This document shows, one piece after another, positions 38,460 through 49,184 of a stretch of DNA of 64,000 nucleotides. Both the position numbers and the translations under genes were made by a program. Under the pieces are notes generated by a model that saw only the letters and a program-made list of their open reading frames with translations, did not search any database and had not been told where the DNA came from. The stretch is taken from the NCBI GenBank assembly GCA_963702845.1, contig OY969763.1, positions 2,016,001 through 2,080,000 on the forward strand. The letters run 5' to 3'. Every line of letters starts with the position of its first letter. Within the stretch, counting starts at the first letter, position 1. The stretch comes from an uncultured Verrucomicrobiae bacterium (GTDB lineage Bacteria; Verrucomicrobiota; Verrucomicrobiia; Limisphaerales; Palsa-1400).

Positions 38460-38585
38460 CTTCGGCACGTGTGTGTCGATTAACTAATGAACAGAAAGGC
38501 CAACAATGCAGCTAACCGTGAGGCCAAGTGGGGCCAAGCGCAACTTCGCAGCCGCAAATGCGGGGAAAGTTGCGAAATTGGCCTC
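38460..38585 (+). ncRNA. Candidate structured RNA or 5' leader downstream of the 38425 promoter
   Basis: 5' hairpin TCGGCAC/GTGTCGA and a nested stem GAGGCCAA/TTGGCCTC, CGCAACTT/AAGTTGCG, CCGC/GCGG. Confidence 0.35.
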
Positions 38586-38590
38586 CAATG

Positions 38591-38738
38591 TAAATACCGG
38601 TTGGTATCGACTTGTACCGGTCAGTATCGATTTAAAAAAAGAAATATTTTGTTCCTGCCACCCTCTGGCCGCATTAGGCACGAAATGGCACTCTTTGGCA
38701 CAGCTTGGTCGCACTTTTCCGCAAAAATATTTTTCACA
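38591..38738. repeat. Dispersed ~100-bp element, copy 2, preceded by four 10-bp-phased TAYCGR units
   Basis: 38631-38738 aligns with 17903-18000; GGCAC recurs every 10 bp; taccgg/tatcga/taccgg/tatcga at 10-bp spacing in 38591-38630. Confidence 0.75.
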
Positions 38739-39081
38739 GTTGAGCCCCCCTGACATTTGCAAGGAGCCCCGGTGCCAAACATCCTTTAAATGTTTGACTC
38801 CGGTAGCAGCTTCAGCTAGTCTCGCCTCCGCAGTTCGGCCAGTGCCGATCGACCAGGAGGATCTACGACCCAAGCGCGGAAATCAGTTTCGCCACAGTTG
38901 CATACCCATAGCAACCGGCTCGCCTCTTTTTGCCTATTTCAGTCCCTTGCGGGTTTTGTGCCGTTTTACGGCCAAATATGGACGTTTTCGTCCATTGCTG
39001 GTGGACAGCAATTTTCAAACCACAAGATGTGGTGTTTTTGTCTTTACACACTCGCACCAAACTTTATAACTACGCCAAACC

Positions 39082-42000
39082 ATGTATCTGAAGAATTTAA
39101 CGGTTTTAGGGTTTAAGTCCTTCGCGGACAAGACTTCCCTGAACTTTCAGCCGGGTGTAACCGCCATCGTAGGCCCCAATGGCTGCGGTAAGAGCAACGT
39201 CTCGGACGCTATTAGATGGGTACTCGGCGAACAATCGGCCAAAGCTTTGCGCGGCGGCGAAATGGCCGACGTCATCTTTAACGGCACCGACAGTCGCAAG
39301 CCTCTCAGCATGGCCGAAGTGTCCCTGACCCTCGGCGGCGTCGACGCAGAACACCTTCAAGCCGCCGGTGTGGAGATTGCCTATGATGAAGTGACTTTGA
39401 CCCGGCGCGTATTCCGCGATGGCGGCTCCGAATACTTCATCAACAAAACCCCGTGCCGCCTCAAAGACGTTCAGCAACTGTTCATGGGCACCGGCGTTGG
39501 CCGCACCAGTTACAGCATCATGGCGCAGGGCAACATCACCCAGATCCTGTCCAGCAAACCGGAAGATCGCCGGCTGATTTTCGAAGAAGCCGCCGGCATC
39601 ACCAAATTTAAGGCGCAGAAAAAAGAGGCCATGCGCAAGCTCGAGTATACCGAGCAAAATCTGTTGCGCGTCCAGGACCTCATTAGAGAAGTGAAACGCC
39701 AGATCGGCTCGCTGCAACGTCAGGCCGGCAAGGCGCGTCGTTACAAGCAGATCATGGGCGACCTCCAGCACCTCGATACGCAACTTGCCCGTCATCAACT
39801 CGACGTCTTGCAGGGCGACATTCGTGAGCGCAATGAACGCACGGAACAGTTGCGCGAGCAAGATCGAAGGCTTGAGCCAAAGCGTGTTAACCGGCGAAAC
39901 CGAAATCGCCCAATTGCGCGAACGGCTATCCGAACTCGAACAAGAAATCAGCCAGGCCCAACAGCAAGGTTTGCAGCTCAAGAGCGAAGCAGATCGTAAC
40001 GAGAGCCGGATTCATTTTAACGAAGAGCGTTTGCGCGAGTTGGAGCAACAAAATGCGCAAGCGACGACTGAGATCTCGCAGGCTGACGAGCGCAAGCTCG
40101 CCGCTGAACAGGAATTAACACAAGTCACAGAACGCCTCGCCATCTCTGCCGAGACACTGAAGGAGTTGCAAGCAACCCTGGAATCGCGCCGCCAGGCGTT
40201 GGTTGCGGTTGAATCGGAAGCCCGCGCCCAACAGGAAACGCTCAGGCGCGTGCAGCAGGAGGCCTTGCAAGCAGGGCAACAACTCGCGCGCGTGCGCAAT
40301 GAAATCACCGCGCTCGATTTGCAGAAGGAAGGCAACGCGGTTCGGCTACAGAAACTTTCGGCTGAAAAGGTCCAACTCGAGCAGGAACGCGTCGGCCTGG
40401 AAGAACGCCTCAAAGAATTTTCCGCAAATTTCGAAGTCGAAATGCTCAATGCGCAGACGCATCGCGGAACGGTGCAGGAACGCGAGCAGCGCCTGAAACA
40501 AATCGATCAGGAACTCAATTCAGCCAATCGCCAGCTTCAAGACCTTCTCCGTCTGCAGGCCGAAAAACGTTCCCGCTTGAACGTTCTCGAACAACTGCAA
40601 AACGACCACGAAGGTTTCTCCAGCGGTGCTCTGTCCGCGCTGCGCAACGCCCAGCAAGTTCTAGGTTCGCTCGCTGACAAAATCCGCGTTCCGAATGATT
40701 ACGTCGTCGCCATCGAATCCGCCCTCGGCCATCACCTCCAATTGGTCCTGACCCAGGCCCCGGAATCCGCCCAGCAAATCATCGACGACCTGCGCAACGG
40801 CAAAAAAGGCCGCGCCAGCATCGCCGCTGTCGACCTCGTATCGCAGGTCTCCGAACCTGCTGTATCGCCGGTTTCCAAACCGGCTGACGGTGCGCCTTTC
40901 CCAACCGGCTCAGCATTGGCATTAGACGTGGTAGAATGCGACGATCCCATTCGCCCTCTACTGGCACGTCTGCTCGGCAACACTTTAATCGTCGCACGAC
41001 CTGTCCGCGGCAACTGCTGCCTGGAAACAAACCAACGGCGCATTCAATTTCGTCACCCGCACTGGTGACCTGCTCAACAGCAGTGGCATCTTCACCGGTG
41101 GTGCCGGCGGCAACGACAAAGCTTCCGCCTCAATTCTCGGTCGAAAAAATCAAATCGCCGAATTGCAGACCGCTGCCAACACCTTGCAAGAGCAAGTCAA
41201 TGACGCCAGCAAAACCAAAGGTGCGTTGCTGAGCGAACAGACCCAGTTGCAAGCCAGCCTGCACGAAGCGAAGACCGAACTGCACACGCAGGAAGTGGCC
41301 ATCGCTACTCGTAAAGGCGAGTTCAACGCCCTGCAGAATTCTCAGCGCGTCCTCGAGCAAAAAGTGCAGACGGTGGTTTACGAAATCACCAGCCTCGCCG
41401 CACAAGAGGAAGAAGGTTTGCGCAAGCGCCAGGGAATGGCCGACCGCGTCGGGGCTTTGGAAGAGCAGGAGCGCACCGCCCTCGAAGCAGTCCAGAATTT
41501 GACCGCTGCCCTTGAAGGCTTGCGTCAGCAACGCGACGCCGCAACCACGGCGATGACTGAAACCAAAGTCGCCTATGCTTCCGAAGAACAGCTTTTAGCG
41601 TCGCTGCGAAATCAGCAAAAACCGCTGGAGTCGCGCATCACAGAACTCGCGCACCTCGCAGAGCAGCGACGCAATGAAATTCGCGCCTTCATCGACCGCA
41701 AGGCGCAAGCAGACCGTGAAAACATTCAGTCGCGCCACGCGATTGAAGCGTTGCAACAACAGCGCGAACAGGTGAACAACCAGGTCGCCGATTTGATTGC
41801 GAATAAAGATACGCAGGAGGAACAGATCGGAACCGCAGAGGAAGCGCTACGCGAACAACGCCGTTGCCTGACTGAATATCAGCAGCAACGCGGAACCATC
41901 GAGGTCGAACTCGCGCAGAAGAACATGGCCGCGCAAAATCTGCGCGACCGCATGCAGGAAAAATACCAGATCAATCTGGATGAGGTGCGCAGCGAGTGCA

Positions 42001-42863
42001 TCACGATCACCATCGCCGACGAAGGCCAGCCACGCGTAAGCACGATGTCGCCCGAAGAAATGGCGGCCACCGGTGCGGCGACCGATTGGGATGCCATTTC
42101 GCAACAGGTCGCCGAGTTGCAAAAGAAGCTCGACGAAATGGGCCCGGTAAACCTCGTCGCCATCGACGAATACGAAGAAACCGAGCAGCGCTATCAATTC
42201 CTGACCAAGCAAAACGACGACCTCGTCCAGGCCAAGGTTCAGCTCAGCGAAGTCATCAACCGCATCAACGTCCAGACCCGCGAGATGTTCGTGGAAACAT
42301 TCGAGAAGATTCGGACGAACTTCCGCTCAATGTTCACGGAAATCTTCAGCGGCGGTAAAGCGGACCTGATCCTGCACACCGATGGCGATGTGCTCGAAAG
42401 CGGCATCGACATCGTTGCCCGCCCGCCCGGCAAACAGCTGCAAACGATTTCGTTGCTGTCCGGTGGTGAACAAACTATGACCGCCGTCGCGCTGTTGTTC
42501 TCCATCTATCAGGTCAAGCCCAGCCCGTTCTGCGTGCTGGACGAATTGGACGCGCCGCTCGACGAATCGAACGTCGGTCGCTTCATCAAAGTGTTGCAAC
42601 GATTCCTTGTGCACTCGCAATTCGTCATCATCACCCACAACAAGCGCACAATCTCAATGGCAGACGTGCTCTACGGCGTCACGATGCAGGAGCACGGCGT
42701 GAGCAAGATCGTCGGCGTGAAATTCCACAAATCCGAAGAACCGAAGCCACTGGAGCAATTGACCGATCGCAAACTCGCGCCCGGCGAAGCCCCAGGTGAA
42801 ACTTCAGCTCCGCAGCCCGAAGCTGCGCCGCCGCAGTCGCCCGAAGCGGTCATGGCAAAGTAG
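39082..42863 (+). CDS. smc: Chromosome segregation protein SMC; two apparent +1 frameshifts (near 39858 and 40995)
   Basis: GFKSF, Walker A GPNGCGKSN, coiled coils, hinge (ALGHHLQ..GRA), signature LSGGE, Walker B LDELDAPLD, ITHNK, spread over three frames. Confidence 0.93.
40838..40886 (+). repeat. Double-hairpin REP-like element translated in frame inside smc
   Basis: 44/49 identical to 16031-16079, with a compensatory A-T to G-C pair; encodes VSQVSEPA-VSPVSKPA. Confidence 0.75.
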
Positions 42864-42886
42864 TCCAACGCGCTTGACCGTAGTGC

Positions 42887-43828
42887 ATGAAATGGGGTAT
42901 TAAAGAGAACGAGATGGGTTTGTTTCCTTGCACTTCGTTGACGCGCTTGAGCGCCGTTTTTCTCACGGCTGTTCTGGGGTTCTGTGCGGTCGAATCGCGC
43001 GCAACGAAAATCGAATTTTCCGTCCCCACGTCAGAAGTCGAAGTTCCGGATTTGCAAAAGGAAATCAAGCAAGACGCGAAATCCGCTTTAAAATCGGAAG
43101 TGTCTTTCAAAGGCGCCGTGAATATTCCTCAGATGGCTGCACCAATTATGGCCGCGCCATCCGACAGTCGTGAGCGCGATCCGTTTTCGACCCCAGACAA
43201 GGATAAGGATAGGGACAAGGATAAGCAGAATCGCTACGGCAGAAGTTCTCAATCGGTTTCATCCGACGATGCGGAATTAGCGAAGAGGAATGCGATGATG
43301 GCCGAGCAAATCAAAGCGGCAAAACCGCTGGAGCAGTTGCGCAGTGAGGATTCGCTTTCCAGTTCGTCATGGCAAGTGAACCGCCGGGTATCCGAACGCG
43401 ATTCGGAAACGATTTCCAGTTCGCGCGAGAAATCGATTGGTTGGTCGACCTTGTTCAAAGAAGCGCAAGACGAACGTGATCGCAGACAACAAACAGCGCG
43501 CATGAACGACTTTCGCGCCCTGTATGGCACGCCCAATTCCATCGCGCCGATTGGAACACCGGCTCCGAATTCAGATCCGGTAAAAGATTCACTTTGGCAC
43601 GAACCCGGCATTAATTCTCATGACGGTCGGACAGAGTTGATGTCGCGTCGCGACGACCCGCAATACAACCAGCAGTTACCAGGTTCTCGCGGGAGCGGTG
43701 ATACATTTGATCCGGGTCCGGCACGTTCGGAATCGCGAGAAAGTCAGGTTGCGCCGGTGCGCCAATTTGAACAGCATCGCGGTGTTCTTGAAATGCCGCA
43801 AAGGCCCGGCGATATACTCAACCGGTGA
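42887..43828 (+). CDS. Hypothetical, probably secreted, low-complexity protein (start uncertain)
   Basis: Signal-like segment; polar/charged composition with DKDKDRDKDK. Confidence 0.55.
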   Translation: MKWGIKENEMGLFPCTSLTRLSAVFLTAVLGFCAVESRATKIEFSVPTSEVEVPDLQKEIKQDAKSALKSEVSFKGAVNIPQMAAPIMAAPSDSRERDPFSTPDKDKDRDKDKQNRYGRSSQSVSSDDAELAKRNAMMAEQIKAAKPLEQLRSEDSLSSSSWQVNRRVSERDSETISSSREKSIGWSTLFKEAQDERDRRQQTARMNDFRALYGTPNSIAPIGTPAPNSDPVKDSLWHEPGINSHDGRTELMSRRDDPQYNQQLPGSRGSGDTFDPGPARSESRESQVAPVRQFEQHRGVLEMPQRPGDILNR

Positions 43829-45007
43829 TCAGAGCCGAATGAATATTTTGCGGCGGTAGAGGAAGCGGACGACGCAAAACATCAAAGCCAGCGCCACAAC
43901 AGCGCGGACAAAATCCCCACTGTGCGACAGGTGCGAGTCGAAAAACTGCTGCACTTCGCCACCGACAAATCTGCCAGCAAGCTTGCGGAACCCAAACGCT
44001 GCTGAGACGAGATAGATGGTGATCGCATTGCTCCCAATCCAGACAAACGGAATCGCCCACTTCTGAATCTTCCAAATCTCGATCACCTGATAAAACACCC
44101 CGAGGAGAATGGCGCTGTAACCGCACGCAACGAGCACATAGGTCGATGTCCAAAGCATTTTAATGATCGGGAAAAATTGGCCCCACGAATAGCCAATCAC
44201 CAGACTGAGCAGCCCGGCACCAATCAACCAGATGGACTTTCGGGTGTCTGTGACCCGCGAATCGGTGATGAGCAGTCCCGCAAAAACGCCGAACAAACAA
44301 TTGGCGACGCTCGGAATCGTGCTGAGGATTGTGCCTTCAAATTTGTTCCCTGGCAGGAAATGCTGATCGATCCAATAGGCGAGATTCAGCCCATGCTCGA
44401 ACGACGGATGATCGACTCCCGGCATCGGAACGAATCGCAAAAGCGCCCAGTATCCCACCAAGCACGCGGCCGAAATGATTGCGAGCGCCTTTGGTCGGAA
44501 GAAACAAAACAGCAACGCGGCAAATAGGTAAGCGGTGCCGATTCGTTGGAGAACTCCGGCCAACCAAAATCCTCCGTAGCCCCACGCCATATATAGAACT
44601 CCAAAAAATACCAGCAGTGTGGAACGCATGATAATCCGACCGATGGTTGCGGCTCGGCCCCGTTCTTCGAGCATTCGCGGAACGGAGAACACGATGGAGA
44701 TTCCGACCATGAAAACGAACAATGGAAAAATCAGATCGTAAAAGTGAAAACCCACCCAATCGACGGGACCCGCCTCTGCCGCGACGACCTTTGGCTCGTC
44801 TGCGGCGTGTTCCATCTGGTCGAACAGGGTGCGCGTTACGACGTTGTCGCTGATTTTATGCAATGAACGAATTAGCTGATCACCCCCGACAATCCAGAAC
44901 ATGTCGAATCCGCGTAGCGCGTCGAGTGAGAGCAAACGCGCGCGGGCAGGGTGAACCGGAGTCGCAGCAGTGGCGACGGGGATGGTCTGGACCGGCTCAG
45001 GGTTCAT
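43829..45007 (-). CDS. HGSNAT/NagX-like membrane acyltransferase
   Basis: RLLSLDALRGFDM, YDLIFPLFVFMVG, GVLQRIG, EGTILSTIP, PIIKMLWTST, GSNAI. Confidence 0.82.
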   Translation of the reverse strand: MNPEPVQTIPVATAATPVHPARARLLSLDALRGFDMFWIVGGDQLIRSLHKISDNVVTRTLFDQMEHAADEPKVVAAEAGPVDWVGFHFYDLIFPLFVFMVGISIVFSVPRMLEERGRAATIGRIIMRSTLLVFFGVLYMAWGYGGFWLAGVLQRIGTAYLFAALLFCFFRPKALAIISAACLVGYWALLRFVPMPGVDHPSFEHGLNLAYWIDQHFLPGNKFEGTILSTIPSVANCLFGVFAGLLITDSRVTDTRKSIWLIGAGLLSLVIGYSWGQFFPIIKMLWTSTYVLVACGYSAILLGVFYQVIEIWKIQKWAIPFVWIGSNAITIYLVSAAFGFRKLAGRFVGGEVQQFFDSHLSHSGDFVRAVVALALMFCVVRFLYRRKIFIRL

Positions 45008-45053
45008 AAACCTGAGTGTAGGCGGAATGCTTGCGAACGCGCAACGACGGCGT

Positions 45054-45998
45054 TCAATGCCGTTTACGCGAACTCATTGCGGCGAGCTGTTTGTAAGCGT
45101 TTTCGTCTGATTGCAAATACGATTCCGGCAAGTAAAACGAAAAACCACGTGTGCTTCGTGTGCTCAAATCAGTAGCGTATTGTTCCAGAGTAACTTTGTG
45201 GTTCTCGCCTTCGCCGGTGAAAGTGGCGATCGTCGGATGGACACGGCCGATGGGCCAACCGGTTTCCTTGACGTAGAAATCGATGCACAAGCTCGGTTGG
45301 TAAACAGCATACGAATTCCAATAAGCTTGAGGCATTGCGTCCCAGCCGGCCTGTATCCACGGCTGCATATCGAGTGCAATGCGGCCTTCACTGGAGAGGG
45401 CGCGGGGGATTTTTGAAACGCCGGCGGCAACGGCGGCTTTTGTAAATGCGTCCACGTAAATGCGGTTCAGAGTAGGGGTTGGATCTGTGGGATTGTAAGA
45501 CTGATAACCGTCTTCGCAATCGGCGATGTAGAATTCGCCGTGGTATTTGGCAGTCAGATTCGCGCCAAGAACGGCGTCGGCCTGAACGATTGGAATTGCG
45601 GCATCGACGGCAGCTTTTTTGCCGTGTTCACCGACTCCGCGAGGGCAGCCCCAAAAACCGACTTTAAAACCAGCAGCTCTCCAGCGGTCCGCCCAACCTT
45701 TTTTGATCGCGTCGATGTTATCGTCGCGTTTATTGCCGGTATTATCGATCTGGAGCGCAATCCATTTCACGCCTGACTTTTTCATCTTATCACCAAAATG
45801 ATCAACCGGCATCGCGTCGGCTGAAGCAACTAAGACACCGGTTTCATCGAAGATGGAATTGCCCGGAAGACGCGACGGGTCCGCATTGGTGGGTTGCGGC
45901 GTCTTTGCTTTCGGTTGAGTGGTCGTTGCGTGCGACTGCACGGCGATTCCAATTGCGAGAATGGATATAAGAAGGGGTAATGGGCAGATGCGCGTCAT
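45054..45998 (-). CDS. Secreted hypothetical protein, possibly a glycoside-hydrolase-like TIM barrel
   Basis: Signal peptide; alternating beta/alpha pattern (GVKWIALQI, GFKVGFWG, FYIADCE, AMPQAYW). The fold call is inference. Confidence 0.5.
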   Translation of the reverse strand: MTRICPLPLLISILAIGIAVQSHATTTQPKAKTPQPTNADPSRLPGNSIFDETGVLVASADAMPVDHFGDKMKKSGVKWIALQIDNTGNKRDDNIDAIKKGWADRWRAAGFKVGFWGCPRGVGEHGKKAAVDAAIPIVQADAVLGANLTAKYHGEFYIADCEDGYQSYNPTDPTPTLNRIYVDAFTKAAVAAGVSKIPRALSSEGRIALDMQPWIQAGWDAMPQAYWNSYAVYQPSLCIDFYVKETGWPIGRVHPTIATFTGEGENHKVTLEQYATDLSTRSTRGFSFYLPESYLQSDENAYKQLAAMSSRKRH

Positions 45999-46099
45999 GG
46001 GTTGTTGATGTTCCGCTGTAACATTGTTGCAGATTCAGACGACGCAAGGGTTTTTGGAATTCAATCGCAGTCACTGATTATGACCTGGATCAACAATAT

Positions 46100-46132
46100 A
46101 AAAAAGCCGCGGACCGATTGCGGTCCGCGGCT
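46100..46132 (-). terminator. Rho-independent terminator of the Calx-beta gene
   Basis: 12-bp perfect stem AGCCGCGGACCG-attg-CGGTCCGCGGCT followed by a U-tract on the minus strand, 15 nt after the stop. Confidence 0.85.
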
Positions 46133-46147
46133 GGAAGACTTCTGAAA

Positions 46148-49069
46148 CTATTGAAGGTTTTCGCGGAAACTGCCGATGATATCGATAAATCCACCGGGCA
46201 CGTTATCGGTGTCTTCGCGAGCGTGAAAATTGAAACGACCGCTCATGCGATGATTTGCCAGATCGATGCCGTCGATTGTGACAGTGCCATAGGTACCAAC
46301 GGTGTCGGAGCCGTTGCCGACCGCATACGAATGGCTGCCGGATAGGCCGCCGTTAATCAGAGCTACCACACCGTGCGACCCTGTGTTGTCCATCGAAACG
46401 ATCCCCAGTTGGAGTGGGTTAACAACAACGGTAAACAGGTGGCTGATAGTCGCTATTCCACTACCGCTTGTCCATGAGCCATTAATCGTAACCCCGGTGC
46501 CGGTTTTCGCGCCAATCACCGAACTTGCGATAGCCGTGAACGCAGCACCACCCACGGTGCCCTTCATCATTGTCGCACCTAAAACTGGCACTGCATTTGG
46601 ATCAGGCTTGTTGGCGATACTGAGCACAGAGGTGCCTTGCGTTCCAATGGTTCCGCCATTGGAAGGGCTGGTCAGGAACAAATTCACGGTTTCGGTAGCT
46701 TCGGTTGTGATGTCCTGGATGAGGCCGACTGTGATCGTCTTGCTGGTTTCAGTTGCTCCGAACGTCAGCGTTTGGGTGGCGTTGCTGTAATCGACGCCGC
46801 TGGTGGCTGTGCCGCCAGTCATCGTGAATTGAACGGTGATGCCGCTCGCGTTTCCGCCGGTGCGTTTCACCATGATGCTGGCGGTGCCGCCTTCCGTGCC
46901 GCTGTAAGTGGCTGCGGAAAAGCTAAAACTACCGGCGACATCGTCATCAGTGATCGTGACGGTGGAGGCGGTGACTTTGCCAAGCTGAACGCCAGACGGA
47001 TTAGACAATTGCACGGAGAAGTTTTCGTTCCCTTCAACGATGGTGTCCTTCAACAGAGGAATCGTGATGGTTTTCGAAGTAAGACCGGCAGTGAACTGCA
47101 GCGTGCCAGACGTCGTAGTGTAATCCGAACCGGCGACGGCTGAACCATTCACGGTGGAGTAGGCGACCGATGCTGCGCTCGTCACAGGACCGGTGCGAAC
47201 GACTTTGACGATGACTGACGCGCTGGATTCGCTGACGACGTAAGCAGCAGTGTCGAATGCGATGCTCGGTTCATCATCAAGGATGGTGATCGTTGCTTGC
47301 GCAATGCTGCCAATGGTACCGCCGCCGCCAGCGTGAGAGAGCGCGATGATGAACTGACGATTACCGTCATGCAGTGCGTTGTCGATGATCGGAATTGTTA
47401 TGGTTTTGGTGGTTTCTTTGGCATCGAACGTCAAAATGCCATTGCCGGCAACGTAATCGGTGCCGGCAATGGCGGTGCCATCGGCGGTTGAGAAACCAAT
47501 CGTTACAGCACTGGCTGTGCCGCCGGTTCGGCTTGCTTTAACGACAAGATTCGTTCCTTTTTCGGAGACAGAATAGGTGGCTGCCGAGAGCGCCATCGAG
47601 CCTGCGAGATCGTCGCTAGTGATATTGACCGTTGCCATGTAATTGGAGCCTAGAATTGCGGGCGCAGTGATATTCTGGAGGTAGACGTAGAATGCCTCGG
47701 GCAATTCGGAAAGGGTGTCGTTGAGGATAGGTATGGTAATGGTTTGGGAAGTTTTTGCGGGAGCGAACACCAAAGTTCCATTTGTCGATGTATAGTCTGA
47801 GCCCGCGTTGGCGGCGCCGTCGGCTGTGTAGAAATCGAGCGAGACCGCGCCCGTGCTGCCGCCTGTGCGCGAAATAGTGAGGGTAACCGATTTGCCGGTT
47901 TCGGTCGCGGTATTGACCACTTTGCTGAATTGGAAAGTTCCGGCTGCAACAGATTCGTTTTCCTTAATCGTCACAACAGCATCACTGCGCACGCCGAGAA
48001 CCGCTCCGCCGGTGACGTTCGACAAATGAACGTTCAGTGTCTTGTTTGAGTTGAGCATCGAGTTGTCGACAATGGCGACATAACCAGTCGCAATGTTTTC
48101 GCCGTCGTTGAAGGTCACAGTGTTAACGAGCCCGGTGTAATCAATTCCGCCTACGGCTGTGCCATCAGAGGTGGAGAAATAAACCGAGACAGAACCCGAG
48201 GTCCCACTGCGCGTTACCGTGATCGGAACAACTCCCGCGCCTTCACTAAACAAATAGCTGCTCGCGCTGAATTCAATGCGTCCATTGGCCGGCGGCGCTG
48301 TTTGCGTGACTACAGGAAATTGCGTTTGTTTAAAATATCCGGCGACCCCAGTAACGTGCGGATAAGCGTTCGTGTTCAACACGGTGCGTTTGAAAAAGCT
48401 GGCGCGGCCTTTGTAAGTATTTCCCCAACTTAGCATGTTTGCTGGCATCACAGCCGCTGTCGCCATGCCGTTCAGCGCGTCTGGTTCCAGGACGAACGGC
48501 GTCGAAAACACCCTGCTCCCGTCTGCATCCGTCACGTCGACGATCACGACGTCGTTTGTTGTTCCACCAGTAAAAGCATCCCACGTGAAAGTGAACGGTT
48601 GATCGGCTTCAATGGTTTGAGCGTCGGTCCAGTTGGCCACGCGCGGCGTTGGCGGATAAGCGTCAGGCGCGAGCGGAAGCACCGGGTGCACCGTGCCGTC
48701 ATTCGCGCCGGCAATCGTAAACGTGTAATTGCCCGAGGCGAAGGCGCGGTCGAGCAAGGTCTTGTTCGTGAATTGTCGTTCTGCAACAAAACCGCTGTCG
48801 AGATTAGACAGTGTTTGGGATGTAGCGTTCGGCGCTTTGACGCTGGCGCTTGTCACGCTGCTAGATGCTGTTGGATCGACGCTCGTCGAAAAGCGAAACG
48901 GAAGGTCGTTTGTGAACGATTGCGCTGCGGCTGCGTTTGTTTGAGTAAACTTTTGACCTTTGGCGACAAAATAATTGTCAACGTCGGCCGCCGCAGCGTT
49001 AATTGTTGGAAGAGCGGCGAAAGTCAGAGAGATGATTACAGTGATTGGGAGCGCTTTTTTGAGAAACAT
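46148..49069 (-). CDS. Large secreted protein with five Calx-beta repeats
   Basis: Signal peptide MFLKKALPIT...AAAA; five repeats of the F..Y.V.E...TV.R.G...V.F.T.DGTA..G.DY...L.F...T.K.I.I.I.DD pattern. Confidence 0.85.
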   Translation of the reverse strand: MFLKKALPITVIISLTFAALPTINAAAADVDNYFVAKGQKFTQTNAAAAQSFTNDLPFRFSTSVDPTASSSVTSASVKAPNATSQTLSNLDSGFVAERQFTNKTLLDRAFASGNYTFTIAGANDGTVHPVLPLAPDAYPPTPRVANWTDAQTIEADQPFTFTWDAFTGGTTNDVVIVDVTDADGSRVFSTPFVLEPDALNGMATAAVMPANMLSWGNTYKGRASFFKRTVLNTNAYPHVTGVAGYFKQTQFPVVTQTAPPANGRIEFSASSYLFSEGAGVVPITVTRSGTSGSVSVYFSTSDGTAVGGIDYTGLVNTVTFNDGENIATGYVAIVDNSMLNSNKTLNVHLSNVTGGAVLGVRSDAVVTIKENESVAAGTFQFSKVVNTATETGKSVTLTISRTGGSTGAVSLDFYTADGAANAGSDYTSTNGTLVFAPAKTSQTITIPILNDTLSELPEAFYVYLQNITAPAILGSNYMATVNITSDDLAGSMALSAATYSVSEKGTNLVVKASRTGGTASAVTIGFSTADGTAIAGTDYVAGNGILTFDAKETTKTITIPIIDNALHDGNRQFIIALSHAGGGGTIGSIAQATITILDDEPSIAFDTAAYVVSESSASVIVKVVRTGPVTSAASVAYSTVNGSAVAGSDYTTTSGTLQFTAGLTSKTITIPLLKDTIVEGNENFSVQLSNPSGVQLGKVTASTVTITDDDVAGSFSFSAATYSGTEGGTASIMVKRTGGNASGITVQFTMTGGTATSGVDYSNATQTLTFGATETSKTITVGLIQDITTEATETVNLFLTSPSNGGTIGTQGTSVLSIANKPDPNAVPVLGATMMKGTVGGAAFTAIASSVIGAKTGTGVTINGSWTSGSGIATISHLFTVVVNPLQLGIVSMDNTGSHGVVALINGGLSGSHSYAVGNGSDTVGTYGTVTIDGIDLANHRMSGRFNFHAREDTDNVPGGFIDIIGSFRENLQ

Positions 49070-49184
49070 GGTTGGATTTAGCTTTGGTTGCCGCGCGACA
49101 GTGCCGATGCTTTTAGCTGCTGTCAATCAAAGACGTCGACTTTTTGGGTTGGCGTAAAACACATGTTGCGAGCTTGTCTGGACA

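Noticed and set aside
38676..38715. TGGCAC repeats as sigma-54 promoters
   Set aside because: GG-to-GC spacing is 9 rather than the required 10 nt.
38484..39069. ORFs 38506..39069 (+) and 38484..38873 (-), with apparent peptide similarity (KYF.GKVRPS) to ORFs at 17877-18218
   Set aside because: The similarity comes from the shared non-coding element, and the 10-nt indel between copies breaks the frame. No protein family is recognisable.
38109..39081. Possible replication origin in the long AT-richer spacer before smc
   Set aside because: No clustered DnaA boxes (TTATCCACA) were seen and there is no dnaA/dnaN nearby.
39082..42863. smc and coxA as true pseudogenes or programmed frameshift genes
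   Set aside because: All catalytic motifs are intact, the shifts share the window-wide +1 pattern, and no slippery sites are evident; sequence error is more parsimonious.
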